Positions 24,429 to 30,999 of a stretch of DNA of 32,000 nucleotides are shown here, piece by piece. Each line of letters opens with the position of its first letter. Position 1 is the stretch's first letter. Position numbers and translations under genes: made by a program. The stretch covers positions 10,192 to 42,191 of the forward strand of contig JAKSVZ010000007.1 of the NCBI GenBank assembly GCA_024407725.1, written 5' to 3'. This DNA comes from Opitutales bacterium (GTDB lineage: Bacteria > Verrucomicrobiota > Verrucomicrobiia > Opitutales > UBA9783). Under the pieces are notes generated by a model that saw nothing but the letters and a program-made list of their open reading frames with translations, was not told where the DNA came from and did not search any database.

Positions 24429-24625
24429 AACCGATTTTTCCTTTTAAACCTCTAAATCCTTGAAGGGATACAAACAGCTTATGAATAAACAAACAAGCTT
24501 TTTCTTTGCAAGTTCAAAATAACCCATCTTTTTCTGTCCTATAAAATAAATATACAAATAAATCTACTGACCTCTGTCTTTTTACCTTGATTTTTGTACA
24601 CATTTATCCAAATAGTAATGGGAGT

Positions 24626-24701
<76 letters not shown>

Positions 24702-24703
24702 AT

Positions 24704-24778
24704 GCCGGCTTAGCTCAGTGGTAGAGCTCCCGATTTGTAATCGGATGGTCGTCAGTTCAAGTCTGACAGTCGGCTCCA
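24704..24778 (+). tRNA. tRNA-Thr (anticodon UGU)
   Basis: GCCGGCT-TA-GCTC-AGTGGT-AGAGC-T-CCCGA-TTTGTAA-TCGGA-TGGTC-GTCAG-TTCAAGT-CTGAC-AGTCGGC-T-CCA. It starts 2 nt after the CCA of tRNA-Lys. Confidence 0.92.
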
Positions 24779-24881
24779 GTTATTTCCCTAAGCTATCTTT
24801 TCCCGTGGTTTTCGAACTGTCTCCTGTAAGTTTATGCTTGAGGTACGTCTTAAAACTCCTCTAAACTGTTTTTGTAAAAGT

Positions 24882-24965
24882 GCTCAGGTGGTGGAATGGT
24901 AGACACACACGTTTGAGGTGCGTGTGCTGAAAGGCGTGGGGGTTCGAGTCCCCTCTTGAGCACCA
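24882..24965 (+). tRNA. tRNA-Leu (anticodon GAG), long variable arm
   Basis: GCTCAGG-TG-GTGG..-CACGT-TTGAGGT-GCGTG-(variable arm)-GGGGG-TTCGAGT-CCCCT-CTTGAGC-A-CCA. Confidence 0.9.
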
Positions 24966-24974
24966 ATTTTAGTT

Positions 24975-26234
24975 ATGTTAGATATTCACTATTTTCGTAC
25001 GTCCTTTGACGAAGTTTGCCGTCGATTGGCCACCAAACATTTTACGTGCGATTTACAACAAGTTGCCCAATTGGATAAGGCACGCGTAGAACAACAGCAA
25101 GCATTTGAAGCCTCAAAAGCCGAACTGAATGCCTTAAGTAAAAACCTAGGTAAATTGGACCCAAAATCCCCTGCATTGGCCCAAGCTCGGTAGCAAGCAA
25201 CCGCCCTTTCTAAAGTTACCAAAGAAAAAGAAGCCGCGTATAAGCAGGCCGAACAAGCATTTAAAGAAACTTGGCTCAGCATTCCGAACGTACCAGCTCC
25301 ATCCGTTCCCGTCGGCAAAAGCGATAAGGATAACGTTGAGCTGTATCAATGGCATCCACAAAACGAGGATTTTTCCCACGCCTGCCCTCATTACGATCTG
25401 CCCAATTTCGAACAAAAAATCGACTTTTCGCGCGGTTCTAAAGTCATGGGTGCTGGCTTTCCGTTTTATGTCGGCGAACTCGCCTATTTGGTACGCGCGT
25501 TAATTGCATTCTTTTTGGATTCTGCCCGCAAAAACGGTTATTTGGAAATCCTACCGCCCCTATTGGTTAACGCCGACAGCGCATTGGCAACCGGTCAGCT
25601 GCCCGATAAAGAAAACATGATGTATCGCACGGACGAAGGCTATTTAATTCCAACCGCCGAAGTTCCCATCACGAATTTTTACCGCAATGAAATTTTCACC
25701 GAAGCAGATTTGCCCATCAAACGTTGCGCTTATTCCGCCTGTTTCCGCCGTGAAGCTGGCAGTTGGGGTAAAGATGTACGGGGATTAAACCGACTGCATC
25801 AGTTCGACAAAGTAGAATTGGTTCAATGGGTTTTGCCACAGGAAAGCACCCAAGCGTTGTTAACATTAAGGTCCCACGCAGAAGATTTGCTTAAACAATT
25901 GGAAATCCCCTACCGCGTGCTAGCCATTTGCACCGGAGATATGGGCTTCCCCCATGCCGAACAATACGATTTGGAGGTCTGGGCAGCCGGACAACAACGT
26001 TGGTTGGAAGTATCCAGCTGCAGCTGCTTTACCGATTTTCAGGCAAGGCGCGCCAACATCCGTTACAAAACGAGCTCGGGCAACCTAGAATTTGTTCATA
26101 CCCTGAATGGCTCTGGACTCGCTATTCCACGCGTATTAGCAGCTATTCTTGAAAACAATCACCGCGGCAATGGCGAAATTAGTATTCCATCGGTTTTACA
26201 CAAATGGTTACCGATGACTAAAATCCATTTTTAA
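24975..26234 (+). pseudogene. serS: Seryl-tRNA synthetase reading frame interrupted by one in-frame TAG at 25191-25193
   Basis: ORFs 24975-25193 and 25446-26234 are in the same frame. The stretch between them translates without further stops to QATALSKVTKEKEAAYKQAEQAFKETWLSIPNVPAPSVPVGKSDKDN..., the canonical SerRS arm/core junction. The total is 420 codons, a normal SerRS length. Confidence 0.85.
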
Positions 26235-26299
26235 GCACAATCCCTTATAAAAAGCGAAAAAATTTGACGAAATAATCGAAATACTTTTCTATAAAAACT

Positions 26300-27142
26300 A
26301 TGAAGCTTTTTAAACAATTATTGTTCATCAGTTCTAGCGTGGTAACATTTCCATTGTATGCTGGAGAAGCAGCATCAACAGCCGAAGGTATACAAAATCC
26401 ACCCGTAGCTGAAGCTGCAAAAAATGCAAACGAAGCGAAAGCTCCTCTTTCTCAAGAACAGAAATTACTCCATTTCAAGACACTTGGATGGATGCAATTC
26501 ATGCAAAGCGGCCTCAAAAACCTAGATATGCAAGGTCAAGAAGCTGAAGCATTCATGGCTGGAATTAAATCCGCCTTGAATAATGAAAAAGCTCCCTGTG
26601 ATTTAGGCGCCAGCATGGATGATTTACAAAAATTTATGCAAGAACGCTTTTCAGAAAACGAGAAAAAACGTCAGGCAGAAATCAAAACAACCGCTGCCAA
26701 AAACCGTGCTGCTGGTGAAGCTTGGCTCAAGGATGTCCTTTCCAAAGATTCATCCATTAAAAAGACCCTTTCCGGCTTAGCCTATAAAATTAAGCGCAGC
26801 GGAAATAAAGCACGTGTAGCCGACGAAGATAAGGTTGAAATCCTATACGTAGGTAAGCGCATTGATGGTAGCGTTTTCGACCGTTCGGATAACAAAAAAC
26901 CTGTAACTTTGAACATCAAGAACGTTATTGCTGGTATCAAAGAAGGGTTAGCGTTGATCGGTGAAGGCGGAGAAATCGTACTCTACACACCGGATAATTT
27001 AGCCTACGGAGAATATGATATCCCCGATATCCCAGCAGGTTCCACCTTGGTATTTGAAATCAAATTGCAGAAGGTTATCAAACCGGTTCAAGAAGAAACC
27101 GCAACTCCAGCTGCTAAATCAGAAGCGCAAAAGCCAAACTAA
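26300..27142 (+). CDS. mip: Mip-type FKBP peptidyl-prolyl cis-trans isomerase with signal peptide
   Basis: 280 aa ORF with an N-terminal signal-like MKLFKQLLFISSSVVTFPLYA, a helical FKBP_N-like region, and a C-terminal FKBP domain (..YVGKRIDGSVFD...GIKEGLALIGEGGEIVLYTP..AYGE...IPAGSTLVFEIKL). Confidence 0.88.
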   Translation: MKLFKQLLFISSSVVTFPLYAGEAASTAEGIQNPPVAEAAKNANEAKAPLSQEQKLLHFKTLGWMQFMQSGLKNLDMQGQEAEAFMAGIKSALNNEKAPCDLGASMDDLQKFMQERFSENEKKRQAEIKTTAAKNRAAGEAWLKDVLSKDSSIKKTLSGLAYKIKRSGNKARVADEDKVEILYVGKRIDGSVFDRSDNKKPVTLNIKNVIAGIKEGLALIGEGGEIVLYTPDNLAYGEYDIPDIPAGSTLVFEIKLQKVIKPVQEETATPAAKSEAQKPN

Positions 27143-27150
27143 TTGGCTTT
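27130..27150. terminator. Bidirectional hairpin T1 overlapping the mip stop codon
   Basis: Stem AAAGCCAA/TTGGCTTT with a 5 nt loop that contains the TAA stop. A-run and T-run flanks make it usable from both strands, although the U-tracts are short. Confidence 0.55.
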
Positions 27151-27156
27151 GCGTTT

Positions 27157-27260
27157 AGGCTTGACTCAACAAGCACTTGTTCGGTAAAATGTCCATGACC
27201 ATTTATGGAGCAAGATATAATGTTTTGATTGTAAGCATAAGCTCCATCATAGTCAAGCCT
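27157..27260. repeat. Convergent-promoter cassette U1 (IR AGGCTTGACT / AGTCAAGCCT, 84 nt spacer)
   Basis: Perfect 10 bp inverted repeat. Plus strand: TTGACT(27161-66)-18-TAAAAT(27185-90). Minus strand: TTGACT(27256-51)-17-TACAAT(27233-28). Confidence 0.75.
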
Positions 27261-27474
27261 TTTGCTTACACCCCCTTTTTTTAAACTATCATTCAAGCCT
27301 TTCCATGGGAGTTAGTCCAAATAGGATGGTCATGGCATCCTAAAGCACGCCAACATCCTCCTTGGGTACCCCATCCGGTAGTATTTTTAGGATTTTTTCT
27401 GAGTTTTCCGAAGAGGAACTAGGTTAAATTTTCAACCCAAAACAATAAACAAAACACCCATTCGCGCCTTTTTA

Positions 27475-27573
27475 GCTTGACAAAATTGCTGCTGGTGGTG
27501 TATTAATATGTTGTACTCTTCACCATTGGCAAATGATTTCATGAATATGAATAGAGACTTTTACAGGTCTAAG
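27475..27573. repeat. Decayed cassette U2a (GCTTGAC / GTCTAAG, 85 nt spacer)
   Basis: Plus strand: TTGACA(27477-82)-18-TATTAA. Minus strand: TTAGAC(27572-67)-17-CATATT. The right arm has a 1 nt insertion relative to GTCAAG, but the family spacing is retained. Confidence 0.5.
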
Positions 27574-27724
27574 AATTCATGCGTTTTGCAAGTAGCAGGT
27601 ACTTAAACCATCTAATAATGCCATATAGTATAAGATTATATCACATCCTATTAGGGTATCTTTATAATCGGCATTCATATAAAACAAGCATTACTCATCA
27701 GCTTCTATCAATCCAACCAGTGAT

Positions 27725-27753
27725 ATTGTAATAAATTCATGACTAAGCGTCAA
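27725..27753 (-). promoter_or_regulatory. Orphan near-consensus sigma-70-type promoter (right-arm-like CGTCAAGG)
   Basis: The minus strand reads TTGACG-cttagtcatgaatttat(17)-TACAAT. No recognisable left arm is present 85 nt upstream. Confidence 0.5.
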
Positions 27754-27893
27754 GGTTTATTACAAAGGCCCAAGCAAATACCGATAATTGCTCAAAAGGT
27801 AAGCAATAAACGCTAATCTCTTTATACAAGCTTGTACTTTATCCAATTTACGATAAGTGGGCGCCGCGGAATATTGACAAGGCATGCTATCTC

Positions 27894-27978
27894 GGTATTT
27901 TGAAGAATTTCAGAAGGTTATCTGACCGGTTCAAGAAGAAACCGCAATCCAATTAAAGCTGAAGAACAAAAGCCGAAT
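27894..27978 (+). pseudogene. Remnant copy of the mip 3' end
   Basis: 27911-27947 matches mip 27068-27104 at 35 of 37 positions by hand alignment. One of the two changes creates an in-frame TGA. The flanks align more loosely (ggtattt.gaa... upstream, caaaagcc downstream). Confidence 0.7.
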
Positions 27979-27991
27979 TCATTCGGCTTTT
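27968..27991. terminator. Bidirectional hairpin T3, homologous to T1
   Basis: Stem AAAAGCCGA/TCGGCTTTT with a 6 nt loop. It sits in the same position relative to the mip remnant and cassette U3 as T1 does relative to mip and U1. Confidence 0.6.
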
Positions 27992-27995
27992 CCTT

Positions 27996-28100
27996 AAAGC
28001 TTGACAATGAGTGGGATTCTTGATAAAAGTATGATCCCCATTTAGTCGCAATGACCCAATAAATGAATTTTATATTTAAACTCAACAAAGGTCAAGCTTT
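27996..28100. repeat. Convergent-promoter cassette U3 (IR AAAGCTTGAC / GTCAAGCTTT, 85 nt spacer)
   Basis: Perfect 10 bp inverted repeat. Plus strand: TTGACA(28001-06)-17-TAAAAG(28024-29), preceded by TGa (extended -10). Minus strand: TTGACC(28095-90)-17-TAAAAT(28072-67). Confidence 0.75.
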
Positions 28101-28228
28101 TACTGCGTAGAGTCATAACACAAATACCTTACTGAGTCATGAAACAAAATAATACGGTATAATTAAGGTATTCAAATTGGTTCTCGTCAGTATTTTGCAT
28201 CAAAAAATCCATTGGCTGTGCTTTTAAA

Positions 28229-28325
28229 CCTTAACAGCTAGCGGTAGAGTTAAAATTACTTTGACTCATCAAGAACTGCATGTGTATAAGTTGATTTTAC
28301 GCCTGAAGCTTACCAGAGGCAAGCT
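28229..28325. repeat. Probable decayed cassette U3b (CCTTAAC / G-CAAGC, about 83 nt spacer)
   Basis: The right end AGGCAAGCTTT equals the U3 right arm minus one T. On the minus strand it still gives TTGCCT-17-TAAAAT (28322-28294). The left end aaaCCTTAACa resembles the left arm with G->A. Confidence 0.35.
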
Positions 28326-28382
28326 TTATTTGATTCCATAAATAAAAAAGCGGAGATACACAAACAAGGATTAAAACCTTCG

Positions 28383-28408
28383 AAAAGCCGCATTAAATCG
28401 CGGTTTTT
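28383..28408. terminator. Bidirectional hairpin T4, homologous to T1 and T3
   Basis: AAAAGCCGC-attaaatc-GCGGTTTTT forms a 9 bp stem including one G:U pair, followed by a 5 U run on the plus strand. Confidence 0.55.
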
Positions 28409-28421
28409 GAAGCATTTTTAA

Positions 28422-28521
28422 ACTTGACGAATGGGGAAAAGTTCTATATAATAGAAAAATTCTATTCCTCTTAGATCATATAGCACAAAAATTATATATA
28501 ATATCCTACTGAAAGTCAAGT
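28422..28521. repeat. Convergent-promoter cassette U4 (IR ACTTGAC / GTCAAGT, 86 nt spacer)
   Basis: Plus strand: TTGACG(28424-29)-17-TATAAT(28447-52). Minus strand: TTGACT(28519-14)-17-TATAAT(28496-91). Both -10 boxes are consensus. The cassette ends 20 nt from the stop codon of the sigma-54 activator gene. Confidence 0.75.
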
Positions 28522-28540
28522 CTGATTTAATAGCCTAAGC

Positions 28541-29839
28541 CTATAAAAGATGGTACTTTTGGAGTTTACGATAAAGTGTGCGCCGTGGGATATTCAGCAA
28601 ACGAGCCACCTCGGATTTATTGCCATTGGTTTTTTGAAGCATTTGACGCAACATAGACGCCTCATCTTGCGAAAATCCTATTGATACTTCGGGAGCTAAG
28701 AATTTTGCATCCAAATCCGATAAAGTAATGGGATTACCTGCATGCATAATCACTGCATTTTCAGCAAAATTGCGCAATTCGCGGACATTGCCAGGCCACA
28801 GATAATCTTCCAACACACCGGCAACTTCGGGCGACAGAACAGGAGCTTTTAAATGGTTTTCGCGCGCAAAAACTTTTAAGTAGTGCTGAACCAAAGGAAC
28901 GATATCCTCCCGACGCTCTCTTAAAGATGGTACGTGGATTTCAACCACATTGAGTCGATAATACAAATCCTGACGAAAACGCCCCTGTTCCACCTCGGTT
29001 TTTAGATTCCGATTGGTGGCACATACCAAGCGTACATCTAGGTAAATCGGCTGAGTTCCTCCTACGCGCTCAATGGTTTTTGTCTCCAAAAAGCGCAACA
29101 GTTTGATTTGAGTCGGCAAATCGATTTCGCCAATTTCATCCAAAAACAAGGTACCATTTTGTGCCGTTTCGAACAAACCGATACGGCGTTGCAAAGCGCC
29201 TGTAAAAGCACCGCGCTCATAACCAAACAGACCTGATTCCAACAAATTCACTGGTAAAGCCGCGCAGTGGATGGGCACAAATTTTTCAGCAGCGCGCGTA
29301 CTCAGTTGATGCAATTGCTGTGCTACCAATTCCTTACCGGTTCCGGTTTCGCCGGTAATCAACACGGTTGTTTTGGTCGGAGCTACCAATTGAATTTGCT
29401 GCATCAATCGATTGAACGCAGGAGACGAACCCAGCATGTTCGGATTTGCCTCTAACGATGCAGCCGGTTTTTCAGGATTATAACGCTCGGTCATCGCACG
29501 CTCAACCATGGCTTCCAGTTGCTCCAACTGAATGGGTTTACTGATAAAATCATAAGCCCCATGTTTCATAGCCTCCACAGCCACCTCAATGGTCCCATAA
29601 GCCGTCATCAGGATGCAGATTGGATGATTGGGTAATTGCAGCGTTTTATCGATTACGCTCATTCCGCTCGCCTGCCCCATGCGCAAATCCGTAATAACCA
29701 CCGCAAAACGTTCGGTATCCAGCAACCGAAAGGCTTCTTCGGGCGACGATGCGGTAAACACATCAAACTTGTCCTCAAACGCCTGCGCTAAGCCATCGCG
29801 CGTATGTTTTTCGTCATCAACAATCAGTAAGCGTTCCAT
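28541..29839 (-). CDS. Sigma-54-dependent response regulator (NtrC/AtoC/CtcC type: REC + AAA+ + Fis-type HTH)
   Basis: REC domain (LIVDDE...VITDLRM), AAA+ domain with Walker A GETGTGKE and the sigma-54 contact loop ERGAFTGA, and a C-terminal HTH (NKSEVARLLNIPRRTLYRKL). The start is chosen at MERLLIVDDE (29839), which removes the overlap with plsC. Confidence 0.9.
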   Translation of the reverse strand: MERLLIVDDEKHTRDGLAQAFEDKFDVFTASSPEEAFRLLDTERFAVVITDLRMGQASGMSVIDKTLQLPNHPICILMTAYGTIEVAVEAMKHGAYDFISKPIQLEQLEAMVERAMTERYNPEKPAASLEANPNMLGSSPAFNRLMQQIQLVAPTKTTVLITGETGTGKELVAQQLHQLSTRAAEKFVPIHCAALPVNLLESGLFGYERGAFTGALQRRIGLFETAQNGTLFLDEIGEIDLPTQIKLLRFLETKTIERVGGTQPIYLDVRLVCATNRNLKTEVEQGRFRQDLYYRLNVVEIHVPSLRERREDIVPLVQHYLKVFARENHLKAPVLSPEVAGVLEDYLWPGNVRELRNFAENAVIMHAGNPITLSDLDAKFLAPEVSIGFSQDEASMLRQMLQKTNGNKSEVARLLNIPRRTLYRKLQKYHLL

Positions 29840-29843
29840 TGTT

Positions 29844-30485
29844 TTAGGCTTCTTTTGGATTTTTGATTGCACCAATCGCTTGCATCACCCGATCGCTCAT
29901 TGCCTGCAACGGATCCGCGCTGGTTTGGCACTCTTTAAAATCCACATCCGGCATTAAAGGTTTTCCAAAAACAATCTGTAAACGCGGTTTAAAATTTGGC
30001 AAAACCTTTCCTTTTGGCCACGCTTGGAAGGAGCCAAAAATGCGCACAGGAACCACCGGTACATGCGCTTTCATCACGAACAACCCAATTCCCTTTTTCC
30101 CCCGTTGCAATTCACCGGTTACCGAGCGCGTACCTTCTGGGAACATAATAACCACTTGATCTCGGTTCAACAAATCAAGCACTTGGCGGATGGTTTGGAA
30201 ATCATTTCCTTTGTCGCGATCAACGCCCAACATACATAAGCGTTTAAAAAGCCAACCAATCCCATTTTTAAATAACGTACGCCGCGCAAATGAATAAATC
30301 GGCTCACGAACCCTGCAATTGCTTACAATCATCGGAGGATCCCAATAGCTCACATGATTGCCTGCCAAAATAACCCCGCCGCTCTGTGGAATGTTTTCAA
30401 GTCCGTACACCGTTCCCCGATACAACACCCTAAAGGCAACGCGAAATAAAAAGCAAGCGGTTCGATACCAAATATTTGATTTCAC
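29844..30485 (-). CDS. plsC: 1-acyl-sn-glycerol-3-phosphate acyltransferase
   Basis: 213 aa ORF with the HX4D motif (GNHVSYWD) and FPEGTRS, typical of the PlsC family. Confidence 0.85.
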   Translation of the reverse strand: MKSNIWYRTACFLFRVAFRVLYRGTVYGLENIPQSGGVILAGNHVSYWDPPMIVSNCRVREPIYSFARRTLFKNGIGWLFKRLCMLGVDRDKGNDFQTIRQVLDLLNRDQVVIMFPEGTRSVTGELQRGKKGIGLFVMKAHVPVVPVRIFGSFQAWPKGKVLPNFKPRLQIVFGKPLMPDVDFKECQTSADPLQAMSDRVMQAIGAIKNPKEA

Positions 30486-30527
30486 AGATAAAATCGTATA
30501 CCCTTTTGAAAAAAGGATAAAGGATAA

Positions 30528-30995
30528 ATGTTAGACGAACGCTCTTGGTTAACCACGCTACAAACGCACGTTCAATCGTTACCTGAACGTCCATCGTGGA
30601 ATGCTTATTTTATGTCCGCCGCCATCCTTTTATCCGCTCGGTCAACCTGCGAACGGCTCCATGTCGGATGCGTTTTAGTATCCGAAAACGGCAATCGTAT
30701 CATTTCATCCGGATACAACGGCCATTTGTCGGGCTTACCCCATCAAAGCTGCGTTATCAACGACCATGAACAGTTAACGGTTCATGCTGAACAAAACGCT
30801 ATTGCAGGCGCGGCTAAGTGCGGTATATCCACCCAAAATGCCATTGCGTACGTTACCCACTATCCCTGCATCCATTGCGCAAAAATCCTACTTGCAGCTG
30901 GGATTAAACAGTGCTACTTCCATGAGGATTACAAAAACGACCCCTTAGTAGCTCAGTTATTTCAAAACGCTTCTATCGGCCTAGAACAATTTTAA
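30528..30995 (+). CDS. dCMP deaminase / ComEB-family cytidine-deoxycytidylate deaminase
   Basis: 155 aa ORF with the zinc-binding motifs HAEQNAI and PCIHCAKIL. Confidence 0.85.
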   Translation: MLDERSWLTTLQTHVQSLPERPSWNAYFMSAAILLSARSTCERLHVGCVLVSENGNRIISSGYNGHLSGLPHQSCVINDHEQLTVHAEQNAIAGAAKCGISTQNAIAYVTHYPCIHCAKILLAAGIKQCYFHEDYKNDPLVAQLFQNASIGLEQF

Positions 30996-30999
30996 CCTA

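Noticed and set aside
24601-24615. DnaA-box-like TTATCCAAA lies upstream of the tRNA cluster (also TTATCCAAT near 27841), which raised the possibility of a replication origin.
   Set aside because: These are single imperfect boxes with no clustering, no adjacent AT-rich unwinding element and no dnaA or dnaN context.
24989-25415. Two minus-strand ORFs (24989-25318 and 25146-25415) cover the gap between the two serS ORFs.
   Set aside because: The plus-strand frame across this interval translates into conserved SerRS sequence, so these are antisense shadow ORFs.
27114-27296. A 60 aa minus-strand ORF from the ORF track overlaps cassette U1 and the mip 3' end.
   Set aside because: It spans a terminator hairpin, both U1 promoters and the end of mip in antisense. 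It has no convincing ribosome-binding site and no recognisable sequence features, so it is most likely a chance ORF.
27300-27400. A GGATG/CATCC-rich stretch includes the hairpin GGATG-gtcatgg-CATCC at 27324-27340 and two more CATCC copies. On the minus strand it carries six GGA motifs and AAGGAGGATG. This suggested a CsrA-type sponge, a leader peptide or a riboswitch.
   Set aside because: It has no dedicated promoter or terminator that I can see. The ATG abuts the SD-like AAGGAGG with no spacing and opens only an 8-codon frame. Nothing supports a specific RNA family, so it is left as unexplained sequence.
27577-27678. A 33-codon minus-strand ORF (MNADYKDTLIGCDIILYYMALLDGLSTCYLQNA) lies downstream of the orphan promoter.
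   Set aside because: It has no ribosome-binding site and no counterpart in the other units, and its composition is typical of AT-rich non-coding DNA.
27128-28060. Two 15-codon ORFs lie in the predicted minus-strand RNAs of U1 (MVMDILPNKCLLSQA) and U3 (MGIILLSRIPLIVKL), both after taaATGG. This raised the idea of a type I toxin.
   Set aside because: They use different frames relative to the conserved arm and have no Shine-Dalgarno sequence. The U4 and U5 transcripts have no equivalent ORF. Coincidence seems more likely than a conserved peptide.
28261-28290. A plus-strand TTGACT-18-TATAAG lies inside the putative decayed cassette U3b.
   Set aside because: It is not associated with an inverted-repeat arm and is at the wrong distance from the right arm. 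Promoter-like hexamer pairs are expected by chance in AT-rich DNA.
27157-28521. The cassette arms resemble integron attC core sites: GCTTGAC vs RYYYAAC and GTCAAGC vs GTTRRRY, 6 of 7 each, with unit length inside the attC range.
   Set aside because: The interiors show no L'/L'' complementarity or extended imperfect palindrome when checked by hand for U1 and U3. No ORF cassettes lie between units, and no intI-type integrase is in the window. The promoter geometry explains the conservation better.
27157-28521. The repeats in the non-coding gap could be a CRISPR array.
   Set aside because: The repeats are only 7-10 bp and are inverted rather than direct. The spacing between units is irregular (about 190-520 bp), and no cas genes are present.
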